Position numbers and translations under genes: made by a program | From: Sphyrna mokarran | Lineage: Eukaryota | DNA length: 64,000 nt | Assembly (NCBI GenBank): GCA_024679065.1 | Contig: JAGIQG010000001.1 | Location: forward strand, 70,866,001-70,930,000 | Reading direction: 5' to 3' | Notes under the pieces: generated by a model | Told to the model about the DNA's origin: nothing | The model's input: the letters and a program-made list of their open reading frames with translations, nothing else | Database searches by the model: none | Part shown: one piece after another, positions 13,491-26,129 of the stretch | Layout of the letters: each line of letters opens with the position of its first letter | Numbering within the stretch: position 1 is the first letter of the stretch

Positions 13491-14039
13491 ATAACATCCC
13501 AAACAGATATTCCGTGACATGGTAACAGTCATGAAATTGATACTACAGTTCCTAAAATATTTTTGCTGAACTGTTGATTTTATAGTCACAGAATTTTGCA
13601 CCATTCTCCTTTGAAGACTTCAATAGGTTAACTTCCAAAGTATTGCAAGTATTTTCAGCAGATTTTTTTCCAGATTAGTGTTTAATTGTGATGGCCACTA
13701 GCATATTTTCAGCACTCTGCCTTCAATCACATTCTTATAAGGTCACGACATACTTTCTCACACACTCAGCAAAATCTTACTGAATTTTGGCAAAGTTTTG
13801 TTTCTAGTGAAAAACCAGTGTGAATGCCCTTAATGCCAGCAGCAGGAAATCTCATGGAAAACTGAGTCTCTCACAACAGTTTTTTTAACCACATAAATCA
13901 TGCCATGCTTGTGGCAGCCCCCCACTAAATTGTTTGTCCCGGGGCAACTTAATCTCTGCAATCAGTGGGGAGCTCCATATAAATATCACCCGGCATTCAT
14001 TCCAGATCCACCTGGGGGGTTGGCACTAGGAAACCAGCA

Positions 14040-15400
14040 TAATATACTCTGAGGGAGCTATGATCAAACTCCTGGATGGTGTGCAGCAGAAACCGGATGT
14101 CCTGTATCTATAGTCTGCAGACATCCATCCACTAAGCTCACCACCCCTACGTGGAAGACAGTGGCCACCTTAATGAATGCCATCTTGCTGTATAAAAGGG
14201 TGGGGCAACAATGCCATGAGAAGATGAATGATCTTCTTTGCTCAGCCAGGGTAAATCTGCCTCCTCCGTCTCCTGCTGCACTCTGTCACACACCCTTTAC
14301 ACCTATTAAGTGACCTCTCACCCAGCCACCTCATGGGTCCCAATATCAGTCATAGTTCCCTCTCCCACCCTCAACTCCCAATGTTCCCCAGTAATTAATT
14401 TGCTTCTCACAGTCCCATGCATGCCAAATTTCATCACTATTTGAATTGGCAGGAATCCTAACTACACTCTCCCTATCTGTCTGAATAAACATGGCTTGAC
14501 TGCCATGAGTGAGTTCAGCCAGCTGGCGTAATGCCTGAGTAGCAATGCCTCATGCCCTTTGAGCAAAGTGCCCTTGAGCTGGCCAGTGAGGAGCAGAATC
14601 GTATCTGTGCAGAAGATGAAGAGGGTGCAGCAGACAAAAGTGAAAACCCTCAAGACATGCAGTCATGGTTCAAGACTCAGGTGAGTAAACTTTCTCTCAT
14701 CAATTATTCCCTGTGATGCACTAATGCCATCTCCCTTCCCTTGCAGATCAGCCAGTCGATCAATTTGGACTATCTTCGTATCCTCTGGAGACCGCAGACA
14801 TGAGCAGCTCTGGGGAAGACTCTGAGACCAATATAGAGAAGATGCCTGTCACCTGCATCCTTCCACTAGTACATATACTCACACCTTGGTGGGATTAACT
14901 AGCAGGCAGGCTTCTGGGTCACTTATTGGTTAGCGTCTCACACCTGATGATCGATGGCAAGAATGGCCCAGAAACCTGGTATTCAGATGGCTGCCAGAGC
15001 CCAGGTCTCTGCTGAGAGCCAAACTAATGACGTGCACTGGGTCCAGTCATACCACAGCAGCTGGAGTTACAAAGGAAGAGTCACGATCATCAGGAAGGGA
15101 TTCCAGTATCCCCCTCAAACCGCGAAGTCAACTGGAGAAGTTTCATTGCTTTCTTCCATGGAGATGATACTGTCATTCCAACAGTATCATCCACAGTGAG
15201 GCCAACACTGTGAGGTTGGTGACTGTAGTGGAGACCCTGGTGCAGGAGGTACACTGCATGGCAGGAGATGTCCACTTCATGGTTCAGCCCATGGTCTCTT
15301 TGGCTGCAGGCATGAGTGGAAGGCATGTGTGGGAAATCACAAGTGTTAGTGCCAGAGGATGGCAACACCTAACCCGACCCATCAGAACTCAGACCTCTCG
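14040..15400 (+). pseudogene. Harbinger Myb/SANT-like DNA-binding partner gene (spliced, decayed)
   Basis: SEGAMIKLLDGVQQKPDVLY..PTWKTVATLMNAILLYKRVGQQCHEKMNDLLCSAR then GT donor at 14251; PFEQSALELA exon with donor GTGAGT at 14681; acceptor TTGCAG at 14746. Confidence 0.75.
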
Positions 15401-15429
15401 TGACTCTCACTCTTCTCCAGTGATGAAGA

Positions 15430-15880
15430 AAGTAAGGACATCTGTGACCTCTCTTATGCACTTGTCTACACAGACGCAAAATGCCACACAGGTCACCCAT
15501 GTTGCCTTGAAATGAGCCACTGGCATTGAGGTTTAGAGTTTGGTAACTTTAAGGGCCACAGGCAATGGGTGACATCACAGTCCATGTGGTACCAACTCTT
15601 GCATAACCTGACAAGGCTATTTTCCCCGAGACAGATGCTGTCTTTTCTGGCACTGCAGCTCTGACATCTGGAGGAATGATGTTTGATATTGGAAGGCCCT
15701 TTGCTGGTAATGTCTTCTATGAGGCTCCTGCATCTGTGCTTCTGCTCCCAGAAGAGTAATAAAAACAGCCTCCTCTTCCTCTGCAGGGCATCAGTTCTGA
15801 CATGTGCAATGAAACTTCGATGTTGCTACTTGATAGGAATCAATAGAATAGCCAACTTGACTGGCTTCCCCAGAACCATA
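15430..15880 (-). pseudogene. Harbinger (HARBI1-like) transposase N-terminal remnant
   Basis: RRHYQQRAFQYQTSFLQMSELQCQKRQHLSR, HPLPVALKVT, ASGSFQGNMGDLCGI, KCIREVTDVL. Confidence 0.8.
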
Positions 15881-16626
15881 AACTGAAAGGAAGAGAACAT
15901 TGGAATAAGTGATGAGGATTCCTGAATAATGGCTCTCTATCCTTCTGGGACATTCACCCATTTGCTTCCCTCTAAGTGAATGCCTTTCCACCTACCCTCA
16001 TTCCCACCCGTCTCACATAACTGCCACTTGCCCACAGCTCTTCTCTCAACCCCACCAGAATGAAGTGACCCTATAGAGTCTCAGTGGTAGCTAACCCCCG
16101 ACCATTCCATGTTCCCTCTCCTTCAACTAAGTGTTTGATGTAAGGGCAGTTCAGTGCATGCATTGAGATTTTGGATGACAAAGCCTGAGTATGAATGATG
16201 CCTGTTAGTGTTGCAAATTTCTGCCTCAGAGAGTAATTGTGCCCTCTTAACATTCCTGGGACTCAAACTCGTCAAACTAATTGGCCATCATGAGTTAACC
16301 CACAACAATGCCAGCTGTCTGGAATCTCAAGTCAAAGATACGAGTGAAAACTCACGTTTCAAGGATAAAATGTGGGGTCAGGGGATTGAGAGGGAAGCAT
16401 AAAAGCCAGACCCAACAACTGCCATGGAGGATCCATAGCCCTCAAGAACTATATAGAACTGTCCAGTTGAACATGGCTGTGGTGGATATCAGAACCCCCT
16501 GTGATGTAGATATTAAAGGAGGTGACAACCAGACTGGAGGCCTGAAGTGACTGTGAAGTGGTTGAGGACATTGGAAGGACAATGGATGAGGGGAAGATAT
16601 GAAGGTAACTGGGTGATCAATATGAC

Positions 16627-16665
16627 TGTGTGTGTCTCTCTCTCTCTCTGTCTCTCTCTCTCTTG
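16627..16665. repeat. (TG)n(TC)n microsatellite
   Basis: TGTGTGTGTCTCTCTCTCTCTCTGTCTCTCTCTCTC. Confidence 0.9.
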
Positions 16666-16759
16666 TGTTGTCTCTCATCCCTCGCAAATTTCCAAGAGAC
16701 CTCGATATAGAGTTGGCCACTCTGCTCATCAAGCGTAGGAAGAGCACAAACTCCAACAG

Positions 16760-17700
16760 GGATGTGCGGCCACACCCAAGGAAAACCTAGTAGCACTAGG
16801 AGACCAGGGGCCACAGGCCAGGCTCAAGGGCCGGAGGCAGCACATGGGAATAGGAGACATGGTGAAGAAGGAGACCAAGAGAATACAGGACCTAGGTGTC
16901 CTTTACGGAGCCTCACGAGACTCCACCTCAACACGGAGACAGTGCAGTACCTAAGCAACATTCTTTCCAATTTAGTGTCACCTGGAAGAGGAGGGCACCC
17001 CCTTCCTGTGGTTGTGAATGTGACAGCAACTCTACACCATAAGATCATTCCAGGGCTTAAGGAGTGACCTGTGTGGTATCTCACAGACATCCACCCAGCA
17101 ATGTATCTGTGATGGATGCACTCTCTGTTAAGGCATCTGATTACATAAATTTTGACCAGGGCCAGGCCCATTAGGACGAGAGGGCTTTGGGATTCAGGAT
17201 CACTGGTGGAATGCCATAGCGTGCCATCGATGGAATTCATGTGGCTTTACCTGCCCTGTGGCACGAAGGGGTTCCACTCCATTAATGTACAGCTGGTGTG
17301 TGACCACCAGATGAGGATAATGGATGTGTTTGGACATTTGCCAAGGAGCGTGCATAATATTTATATGCTTGGGCAGTTATAAATCCCTGGCTTATTCAAA
17401 GATCATCCCAGGCTGCAAAGATGACTTGTTGGAGACGGGGGATGTTTGCTGAGGTCTTTACTGATGCTAGATGCCCATTTGTAGTGGTGAGCAGGGAAGT
17501 CTAGACATGCCTCACCATGGCAGATGAGCTGGCTGAGATGCCCATCCATGTGGTTGAGCACACCATCTCTGGTTGGCAGAGCCTGACTAAGCCCCACTTG
17601 AGGACCATCACCAAGGTCAATCTACCTCAAGACACCGCAGTTGGCTATCTGCCATCATCAACTAGAAGGAGGCGCCAAGATACAGCACTCACAAACATAA
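16760..17700 (+). pseudogene. Harbinger transposase remnant B
   Basis: RLHLNTETVQYL, GRGGHPLPVVVNVTATL, SFQG..DLCGISQ, IDGIHVAL, KGFHSINVQLVCDHQMRIMDV..PRSVHN; frameshifted. Confidence 0.85.
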
Positions 17701-17829
17701 GCTTAAGACAGAGTAAGCACAGTAATGTGTTTGCCCAGGCAACTTGTACCTTTTTGCAAATATCACGTATTTAAATCAATTCAGATTGGAAGTTTTCTGG
17801 ATATTTTGCTTAAAAGCCCAAAAGAAAAA

Positions 17830-19086
17830 ATAGTTTTTTGCTCATTAGCTGTGGGTGTCCTGTGTGTTCAATGGTTTTGGCTTCATTAGTGTGTGGTGAA
17901 AGACATTTGGAACAGAAAACTTTATTACAGAGGCAGTGACGTGACACTGGATTCATGGCATTATTCTGTGTCAAATGTTTGTGAAGGAAGCAGTACCCTT
18001 GCCCTCAGCCGGAAGGCAAGCCTTTGTAGCTTAGCTGAAAGAATGCTGAATAAGGCCTCTCTGATGATCCTGCCTCCCTGAAGATTCCTCATTTCAGCCT
18101 CCTTATTCTCACCATGTGCCTGTCCAGACTCTGCAATGAGCTTTCATTGGATTCCTCCTGTGAATTGGGTTTTCTTTAGGACTTTTAAGCAAAATATCCA
18201 GAAAACTTCCAATCTGAATTGATTTAAATATGTGATATTTGCAAAAAGGTGCAAGTTGCCTGTGAATCGGGTGCAGCTCCTTCAATGTCCTCTTGGTCCA
18301 GTGCCTTCCCCTCTAGATCACAGCAGACAACAATGTTGAGCAACATTTGCTTTATCAGATATCGCAGGATGCCCGTGGAGCAGTCCGGACATCAGGACCA
18401 CATATTCAGCAGCCCTATTGCCTTCTCCAGCTCCACCCTTGTAGATACAGGGTAGCAATTGTTTCTTGCCTCTACCTCTATCCTGGTTGGTGTCATCAGC
18501 CTCTTTTTCAAGGGATAACTCCCAAAAAACAGCCATTGAGTTGAGCTGGAACCGTGAATAGGCTTAACACTTATGAGTGACTGAGTATGTAGGCATCGTG
18601 GGGGCTGTATTCTTCCTCTGAGGAGGTGTTCCCTACTGAATAGACAAGGCCCATTAGCAGAGATGTAAATCAGCTGACCCGTGCGCCAAGGGTGCAAAAG
18701 AGTTGGAAATCTCAGAGACATCACAGGATCAAAATGTCCTGGAAAGTCCAAAAAAGATGCACAAGCCTCCAAAGAAACATTTACAAAACCCCTGTCTAAG
18801 CCCTCAACAAATTTTTTAAGCTCCTACCATGTCAACCTGCCTTTGCTCCTGTCCCCCATCCTTGATTGACAAAATGGCAAAAATCGTTCAGTTGCCAGGG
18901 CTGCCAGGGGTCAACCTGAAAATCACACGGGCAGTGTAAAATCCAGGTCAACAGCAGTTTTAATCCTCTCAATGAATTTCCTAAATGCCGGCAGGTATGC
19001 AATGACATCAGGATGCTCACCCAGCAGTGATTTCATTGGCCTCCATTTCAGGGGTACGCCTGCCCTGGCAGTGTAAAATACTGCCC
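17830..19086 (-). mobile_element. Harbinger C: terminus plus transposase C-terminal remnant (about 18030-18540)
   Basis: Terminus GGGCAGTATTTTAC on - from 19086; GSYPLKKRLMTP..EARNNC..STRVELEKAIGLLNMW..IVVCC, GRIIREALF. Confidence 0.75.
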
Positions 19087-19399
19087 TGAAATCCGGTAGA
19101 AATTTGCAAGACTGAAAGGAGTTTAAAAAACCAACAGGTTTGACTCAGGATGCCAATAGTCGGCGTCAGACAAATTGTCAGTATTATTGAGTACGGCTGT
19201 CAATCTGTTTTGAAGATGTAACTGATCCATTTGTGCCAGATGCAACAAGTTGAAGGCCTCAGGGAGTCAAAGCGAAGTACAGTCTTCAGATGAAGTGATC
19301 ATAAGATCACTAGAAAAAGGAACAGGAGTTGACCATTTTTTCCCTCAAGCCTGCTCTGCCACCCAATAAGATCACGACTGATCTGAACGTGGACACATC

Positions 19400-19501
19400 T
19401 TTTATTTCGTCAGCTCTGCCGAAGGGTCATCCTGACTTGAAACATTAGCTCTATTCTGTCAAACCTGCTGAAATTTTTCAGAATTTCCTGTTTTTGTTAC
19501 A
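19400..19501 (+). mobile_element. Penelope-like terminal repeat with degenerate hammerhead core
   Basis: CTGCCGAAGGGTCATCCTGACTTGAAAC followed by ACCTGCTGA..TTCAGAATTTCCTGTTTTTG. Confidence 0.6.
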
Positions 19502-20005
19502 GATGTGGAGATGCTGGCGTTGGACTGAGGTAAAACACAAAGAAATCCCACAATACCAGTTTAAAGTCCAAACAGGTTTATTTGTAACAAACGCTGCAAG
19601 CTTTCGGGACAGCCTGTCCCTTCGTCAGGTGGCCGGGAGTTCTGGTCGTAAAAATGACACAAAGACACAAACTCAATTTACATGCATAATGATTGGAATG
19701 TGAGTTTTTACAACAAATCAATTCTTAAAAGTAGACAATGTGAGTGGAAAGAGCTTTCAGCACAAGTTAAAGAGATGCGTATTGTTTCCAGACAGGACAG
19801 TTAGTGAGATTTTGCAAGTCCAGGCAAGTTGTGAGGGTTACAGATAGTGTGACATGAACCCAAGATCCTGGTTGAGGCCATCCTCATGTGTGCAGAACTT
19901 AGCTATCAGTCTCTGCTCAGCGATTCTGTGTTGTCATGTGTTGTGAAGGCTGCCTTGGAAAACACTTACCCGAAGATCAGACACCGAATGCCGGTGACCG
20001 CTGAA
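19502..20005 (-). mobile_element. Penelope-like element 3' end (GIY-YIG C-terminus plus pLTR)
   Basis: FSGHRHSVSDLRVSVFQGSL..HRIAEQRLIAKFCTHEDGLNQDLGFMSHY; terminal GATGTGGAGATGCTGGCGTTGGACTG shared with 28381. Confidence 0.85.
19595..19632 (-). ncRNA. Minimal type I hammerhead ribozyme motif
   Basis: Minus strand CCAC-CTGACGA-A-GGGACA-GGC-TGTCCC-GAAA-GCTT; perfect 6-bp stem II; stem I 3' arm mismatched. Confidence 0.65.
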
Positions 20006-21474
20006 TAAGAAGAGAATGGTCTTGCCTCATGTTTGTCGAGTGGTCTTGCCTTCCTTAATTACACCCGATATGCCTAATTCGATGAGGCGTGCCAGTATGG
20101 TGAAGGAATGTATGCTCACGTATCCAGATCCAGATTTGTGAAAAATGATTGTCAACTGGACAAATGTGCTTTCTACCTTGCAAAAGGAGTGTCTACTGTA
20201 CCAGGGCTGCGAATTAAAGAACTATTTGCAATCCAATGTGGCAGCTCCACAGGTTATCAACCGTCATTTTCCTTATTGCAGCCAGTAACTAGTCCAGGTG
20301 AATGACTGTTTAACTATTCACTGCCTTTTCCACCTGATAAATTAACCTCTGTAAAAAAAACCTTAGACAAATCTTTAAATAAATCATATACACTGAACAC
20401 CATTATCAACTAGGACCAGTTGAAGGCCTGTAGCCTGCAGCCGCTAATTTTTGCAATATTTTATTTTAGTATTGTATTTCTGCTTTTTTCTTGCTTTGAA
20501 GTTTATATCAAATATTTAAAGTTATTTTGTATTGAATTTTACTTTGAAGGTAATCATTTTATCCTAGATGTGATTGTTCTTGATTCTATTGATTACTTAG
20601 ATAACAGGAGTATTGTTAACCCTATTGTCCGGATTCATTTGCTCTTATCAACTGGCTGGTTGAGATCCTCACCAGCGAAGATCATATATGTTCCTCACCA
20701 ACAGGGATCAGATATGATGGTTTCATCAATATGAATGGAAGCCATTGAAACTCCTCTTGTGCTCAGGAGACAGGCTGGGCAGTGCCCCTTGGCCTGTGCT
20801 AACCCAGCACAAGCAGCCTGGCATTCTGGCACTGCACATGGGTACCATGGCACTCCTCATCAAGCACCCTTGCACTGCCCACTGGGTAGTGCCAAGGGGG
20901 CAAGGTCTAGGGGGGGCTAGGGTAGGATACGGGGAGATGGAACCTGATGAGAGATTTATAAGTTTTGAATGGGCGGCAGTTCAGAACACCAGAAACTGTT
21001 AGCCTGGCAGGAAGTTGACAACAACCATTTATTTGCATCTTTAAGCTGTGCACTATCCTGAGCGTGTGTGAAATTCCCATGGAAGAGAGTAGTAAACTAC
21101 TCACTGTGTAAATAAACTTGCTTCTTTAACCCTGGATTTGAAAGTTAGTTCTGTATACATGGATTTCCTGCACTTTCTTGAAAACAAGGGGAAAAGACAT
21201 TGTGATTTGACAGAACTGATGAATTGACAAGCAAGGATGGATTTAAATACTGAGATCTAACTTCTGCTTCTGTGTCTAAGTGAAAGATCATTACTCATAG
21301 GACTTGCATGGCGAGTGTGCTTTCATTGTTTTACAAGTGCTTTCCAGCACTTTGGAGATCTTTTCAGTTACCTTAGTGTCATCTTGTCTTTCATTTTCAC
21401 TTTGTAGCTGTCAGTTTTTAGATCAGTAGAGATGTTTTTTCTGCAGCTTTAGCTTGGAGAAGTAACAGCAGTAG

Positions 21475-22322
21475 GAGGCAGTGGTGCGATATTATTATCA
21501 CTGGGTTAATAATCCAGAGGGAGGGACCTATGATCAAATCTCATCAAAGCAGAGAATGAAATTTGAATTGAATAAAAATCTGGAATTAAAAGTCTATAAT
21601 GATGACAATAAAGCCATTTGTATAAGCCATCTGGGAAGATGGTGGTTTTGTCACCGGGCTATAATCCCGAGACCCAGGTAATACTCTGGGCACCCCGGTT
21701 TGAATCTCACCGAGGCAGATGGTGAAATTTGAATTTGATAAAAAGTTTGAAATTAAAAATCTAATGATGACCATGTGTTGATTGTCATAAAAACCTACCT
21801 GATTCACTAATGCTTTTTAGGGAAAGAAGGAATCATAGAATCCCTGTTATGCAGGAGAAGGTTATTTGGCCCATCAAGTCTACGCTGACCATCTGAACAG
21901 CATTCCACCCAAGCCCACCCCATTCCCATCACGCAAACTAGCACATCCATCATAGCTAGTCCATCCAATCTACACACTAGGGGCCATTTAACATGGCCAT
22001 TCCACCTAATGTGCACATTTTTGAACTGTGGGAGAAACTGGAACACTCAGAGGAAACCCACAAAGAAACAGGGAGAATGTGCAAACTCCAAATAGATAGT
22101 CATCCGCAGCTGGAATTGAACCCATGTCCTTGGCGCTGTGAGCTAGTATTACTAACCACTGTGTCACAATGCTGCACTGAAAGGATGGGCAATAAATTCT
22201 GGCTCAGCCAGCAATGCCCTTATCCACTGAATGAAATACATGACTCCATGTCCTACCAAATCACTCCACTCAGTTCAAGGGCAATTAGGATAGGCAATAA
22301 ATGTAAATGAGCAGGAAAAAAA
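21475..22322 (+). mobile_element. Nested tRNA-derived SINEs with LINE-like tails
   Basis: Two heads (about 21475 and 21630) sharing TAATCC.GAG..GAAATTTGAATT..ATAAAAA; tails GGATGGGCAATAAAT and GGGCAATTAGGATAGGCAATAAATG. Confidence 0.7.
21830..22178 (-). mobile_element. HE1/V-SINE, full length
   Basis: GAATCATAGAATCCCT tail, GGAAACCCAC..GGGAGAATGTGCAAACTCCA V-domain, CTAACCACTGTGTCAC head. Confidence 0.85.
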
Positions 22323-22539
22323 GTAGGAACCTACTCCTCAATTATTATAACAATACCAGAGCTCTATCAGAGCTGGTGATGTCACCAGCACAGGGTTTAC
22401 AGACAGAAGACAAGCTCCCTGGACACAACTGAGCATCATCACAGCCTATCCTTGTATCTTGGTATTCTTTATGTTATTCATTTTAAAATCTAATCATTTC
22501 TGGTTTTATGAGCTTCGTGCACTATCTGGGTGCCGTATT

Positions 22540-23120
22540 TCTCTCTATCAACAACACCCTGGAGCCTATTCCTGGGGTGGCCTCATTCAAATGAATTGCT
22601 GACTTCCTAACTAGGATTTCTGATTGCCATTATAAACTGTTGTCTCTGTTTTGATTCACGTTTAAAACTACCAATACAATCTCATTCCTAAAACACTCTC
22701 AATCTCTTGTCTCATCTGTAATCCTCTCTTTCTCTCAATTTCTCAAACATGTTATTACCTTTCATATGTATATCTTTTCCAGGACTCTGCATTTGAATCT
22801 TCTAAATTAGATTTGTGTTCCAGTCACAGCATTGAATTGAACCTAATCAAAATCATGAATAGTATTTTCTGTGACTGTGACCATAGTGTACTATCACTCT
22901 GCATCTTCTCCTCATCCTTTGATATGGTTAATCATAATAACCTTTCTCTTGTTGTTTAACTTAATGAGACATTATTTAACTGAAGTCACTCTTACCTATC
23001 CAGTCAATGCTGATCTGCTGTTGAAATACTCATACTTCTAACAGACTCAGCTATTCTAATGTTATTCTGGTCAGACACTCATCTTCCGAGGTGTGAAACA
23101 TTTTAGCAATATGTTCAACT
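22540..23120 (+). mobile_element. L2 LINE RT fragment
   Basis: HSIELNLIKIMNSIFCDCDH..SSFDMVNH resembles L2 HSTETAL.KV.ND..SAAFDTVDH. Confidence 0.65.
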
Positions 23121-23534
23121 CCAGGGATTTTAAACACATAGGATGTGATTTTCCAGTTCATCCCATGGCAGACATCATCGTGGCTGGGACAAGAACATTT
23201 TGAGGGTGGTCAAAAGTTAATTGACTTTTGGTGTTCTGAAGTGGATTATAACTCTTAGCCTCAGTGGGAAATAGCCTTGATTGGGATCATTGCCTTAACA
23301 ATCACTCTCACTTGAGTTCAAAACAGCTACTTCACACACTTACTTTGGGTCTGAGAAAGTGAATTAAGTTAATTACATTTTTCCAGATAGCCTGTTAAAT
23401 AAGTTGTTGGCCAAGTTCTAATTACCCAGATATTATTAGTATTTAAAATAGGCATCCTTATTCAAGAATGGGTGCGCTTCAACAATTACTGTTGCCATTT
23501 ATTGTATATAGTATCTCTAATAACAAAACATTAA

Positions 23535-23980
23535 CAACAAAACTTGTATTCTTTAGTGCCTTTAGGACCTTAATTCCAGGTCTTGGGGCTTAGGCAATTG
23601 AAGGTCAGCAATGGTCAAGCAATGAAAACTGTTTGAGTGACCAGAATTGGAGCAGTACAGATATTTCAGAATGTTGTAGAACTGGAAGAGTGCTCAGAAT
23701 AGGAAGGGCCATGGGGGATTTGCAAACAAGGGTAAGAATTTTAGTACTAAAGCGTTGCTTAATCTACAGCTAACAATAACAAAATCTTGTCTCTAAATCA
23801 CATTTTCAACAAAGTAAAACAGCCCAAGATATTTCACACAAGGTGCCACATAAGAAGATATTAGTGTGGAAGGCAAGAAGCTTCGTCAAAGAAGGAACTT
23901 TTAAGGAACACCTTCAAGGAGAAAACTTAAGTAGAGAGATGGAGAGCGAGTTCTAGACTTTGGGGTCTTGGCAGACTTTC
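23535..23980 (-). mobile_element. Degenerate L2/DeuSINE-type 3' fragments
   Basis: ACAACAAAACTTGTATT..TAGTGCCTTT tail; TTCCAG..TTGGGG.TAGGCA pattern occurs twice. Confidence 0.5.
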
Positions 23981-23984
23981 GTCA

Positions 23985-24095
23985 TTCAATATTTGTATTG
24001 AATTCAAATTTCACCACATGCCATGTTGAAATTTGAACCTGGGTCTCTGATTTATTAGTCCAATAACAATACCACTATGCCACAAACTTCCCTTG
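23985..24095 (-). mobile_element. tRNA-derived SINE head
   Basis: GAATTCAAATTTCACC..TTTGAACCTGGGTCTCTGA..TAGTCCA..ACCACTATGCCAC. Confidence 0.7.
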
Positions 24096-24821
24096 CTGCT
24101 CCATCCATCCAGGGTATGGAGATGGGGTGGGGGGAAGCAATGAATATTTGTTGTTATTAAATTCAGAATGGATATTGAATATGTGCGGAGATAATAAATT
24201 GGTTCAGCACTCACAAATGTGGAAATCAGGGGTTTCAGATGAGCCAGGTTTTCAATTTGAGTGTTTGTGAAGAGAATTGCAGTTTCATTGTTCCTATTGA
24301 CAATGGCAATGGTTCTTAGTCACGGTAACTTCTTGCAGTGTTAATGTAAGTCTATTTGTGACTAATAAATAAACATTAACTTTAACTTTAATGCTCCTGT
24401 CACACTTAGTCACATTGAGGAAAATGAGGAGAAACAGACAAGGATAGTCAAAGATGGCACCAGAATACATTGGCCCATAATTTCCTTGGAATACTTCCTA
24501 TTCCATTACTGCTGGAATTATAGCAGAACCTTCATTTCCATTAAAAAAATTATTTACAAAAGTTTTGGACAGATACTCTGTGCCACATCCCTAGCTGCCA
24601 GGTGGAATGGGATGTGTAAATAGTTAATGAGTAGAATAAAGGACCTGGGCAGATGTAGCACAAAGTGTTAATAGCTACTATACCAATACCTAACATAGAC
24701 CGTCAAAAATATCAGATCACATGTCATGGAAGTCAAGAAGTGGTGCTTCTGGAAGTAATCTTATGTTTATCTATCCCTGTACGTAGCTGGATGTAGTTAA
24801 TAAATGTTTGACAGTTTCTGG

Positions 24822-25584
24822 TGTTAGGAATCAGATCAGAAACTCCAAAGTATATTATGAAGTTAGACTAGATCCAAATCCTTGTTGATTTTGCCATTAG
24901 TGTGAGTATAAGCTAATTCACTCCAGGTGTGATTTTATTGACACACTTGGAAGCTTTAATAAAAACAAACTTTATTTTAACAATGCAGTTTAAACATAAT
25001 GAATGAATTAACTTACTTTTATCAATTGAAATACTTAAACATGATACATTTCTTAACTATTAATCTATCTCTATTAGTTCCAATTTAAGCAATAGTCCTC
25101 ATAGATTTAAAATTCTTTTCAAAATCAGTTAGCAAACAACATATGCTCACATGCTGGTTCAAGGACTGTCAGTCCTCAAGCTTTTTAACACTTCTGGAGA
25201 TAGAGAGACAAGGAGACTTCTGTCTTCTGACACTCAAACAGCAACCTCCAGAGGAAGAAAGAGAAACACCTGTATCTTCATTCAGAGTAAAGCTGAAACT
25301 AGCTGTTTTTCCCTGAAAACTTAACCTGCCCATTCACATGATTCTGTCTCTCGTCAATAAACCTAATTAAACTCTATTTTGAAGCAAAAGCAACAAAAAT
25401 AAACAAAAATGCTCTTTTAAAAGAAGGACTCCATTATCTCAAAGCAATTATTCTCCTGTAGTTTCTGTATGTGGGCTGCATGGTGCACACAATCAGCACC
25501 ATGTAAATAGAGCTGACATCTAACCATACCCTTCACAAGAAATATGAGATAAATGCAACTCTTAAATGGAACAGTATCATTACA
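24822..25584 (-). mobile_element. Solo LTR (Gypsy-type)
   Basis: TGTTAGGA...TCATTACA termini; flanks CTGG / CTTG (3/4 match to a 4-bp TSD); TTTATT (reverse polyA signal) near 24971. Confidence 0.6.
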
Positions 25585-25639
25585 CTTGATGCCTTGTTTG
25601 CAGTAGTCTATTAAACACGGTCTGGGAGAATTTATGATG

Positions 25640-26030
25640 AAATTTCAGTGGGTGGCAGGATGGGCAATGTGCCAGTGGGTAGTGTCGCGAGGTTGGGTCA
25701 TTTCTGGTTAGGAGGAGTCAGAGAGTGGGGCATCGTGAAGGGTATGGAAGGGAGAATCAGAGGGTCAGGAGGAAAGTCAGAGAGTTGGGGACAGGTTATG
25801 GGATCAGGGAGAGTTGGAAAGATATGGTGGGAGTCATAGGATCAGAGGGAAGTTGGAGGGCCGGTGAGAAGTTAGAAAGTTGAGGGAAAGTTGGAGGATT
25901 GGAAGTGTGTCGAAGGCTTGGGGGAATCTCAGAGGGTTAGGAGAACTCAGAAGGTTGGGGGTAGAATTGAAATATCAGGGGGAATTGGAGGGTTGTGGGG
26001 TAAGTTTGGAGGTTCAATATTGCACCACAA
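25640..26030. repeat. Purine-rich low-complexity tract
   Basis: Imperfect GAGAGTTGG / GGATCAG repeats. Confidence 0.6.
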
Positions 26031-26129
26031 AAACTTCAGAGGTCAGGATGATGATGATGTCTGCACCCTTTCCCCTCACTCCACCAAAGTCAGTGGAATT
26101 AGACCTCTGCACCTACCTTCCCCATTACT

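Larger units (their letters stand above)
13767..16380 (+). mobile_element. PIF/Harbinger transposon A, internally deleted
   Basis: Convergent Myb/SANT gene (+) and transposase 5' part (-) joined at about 15430; termini degenerate. Confidence 0.7.

Noticed and set aside
17736-18262. MITE with 90-bp TIRs
   Set aside because: No outer TSD; the spacer is continuous Harbinger sequence; the direct repeat flanks only the right arm
20075-20350. Possible exon: + frame with DEACQ (helicase-like motif) or - strand acceptor giving RLIYQVEKAVNS*
   Set aside because: Stop immediately upstream of DEACQ, no other helicase motifs and no partner exons
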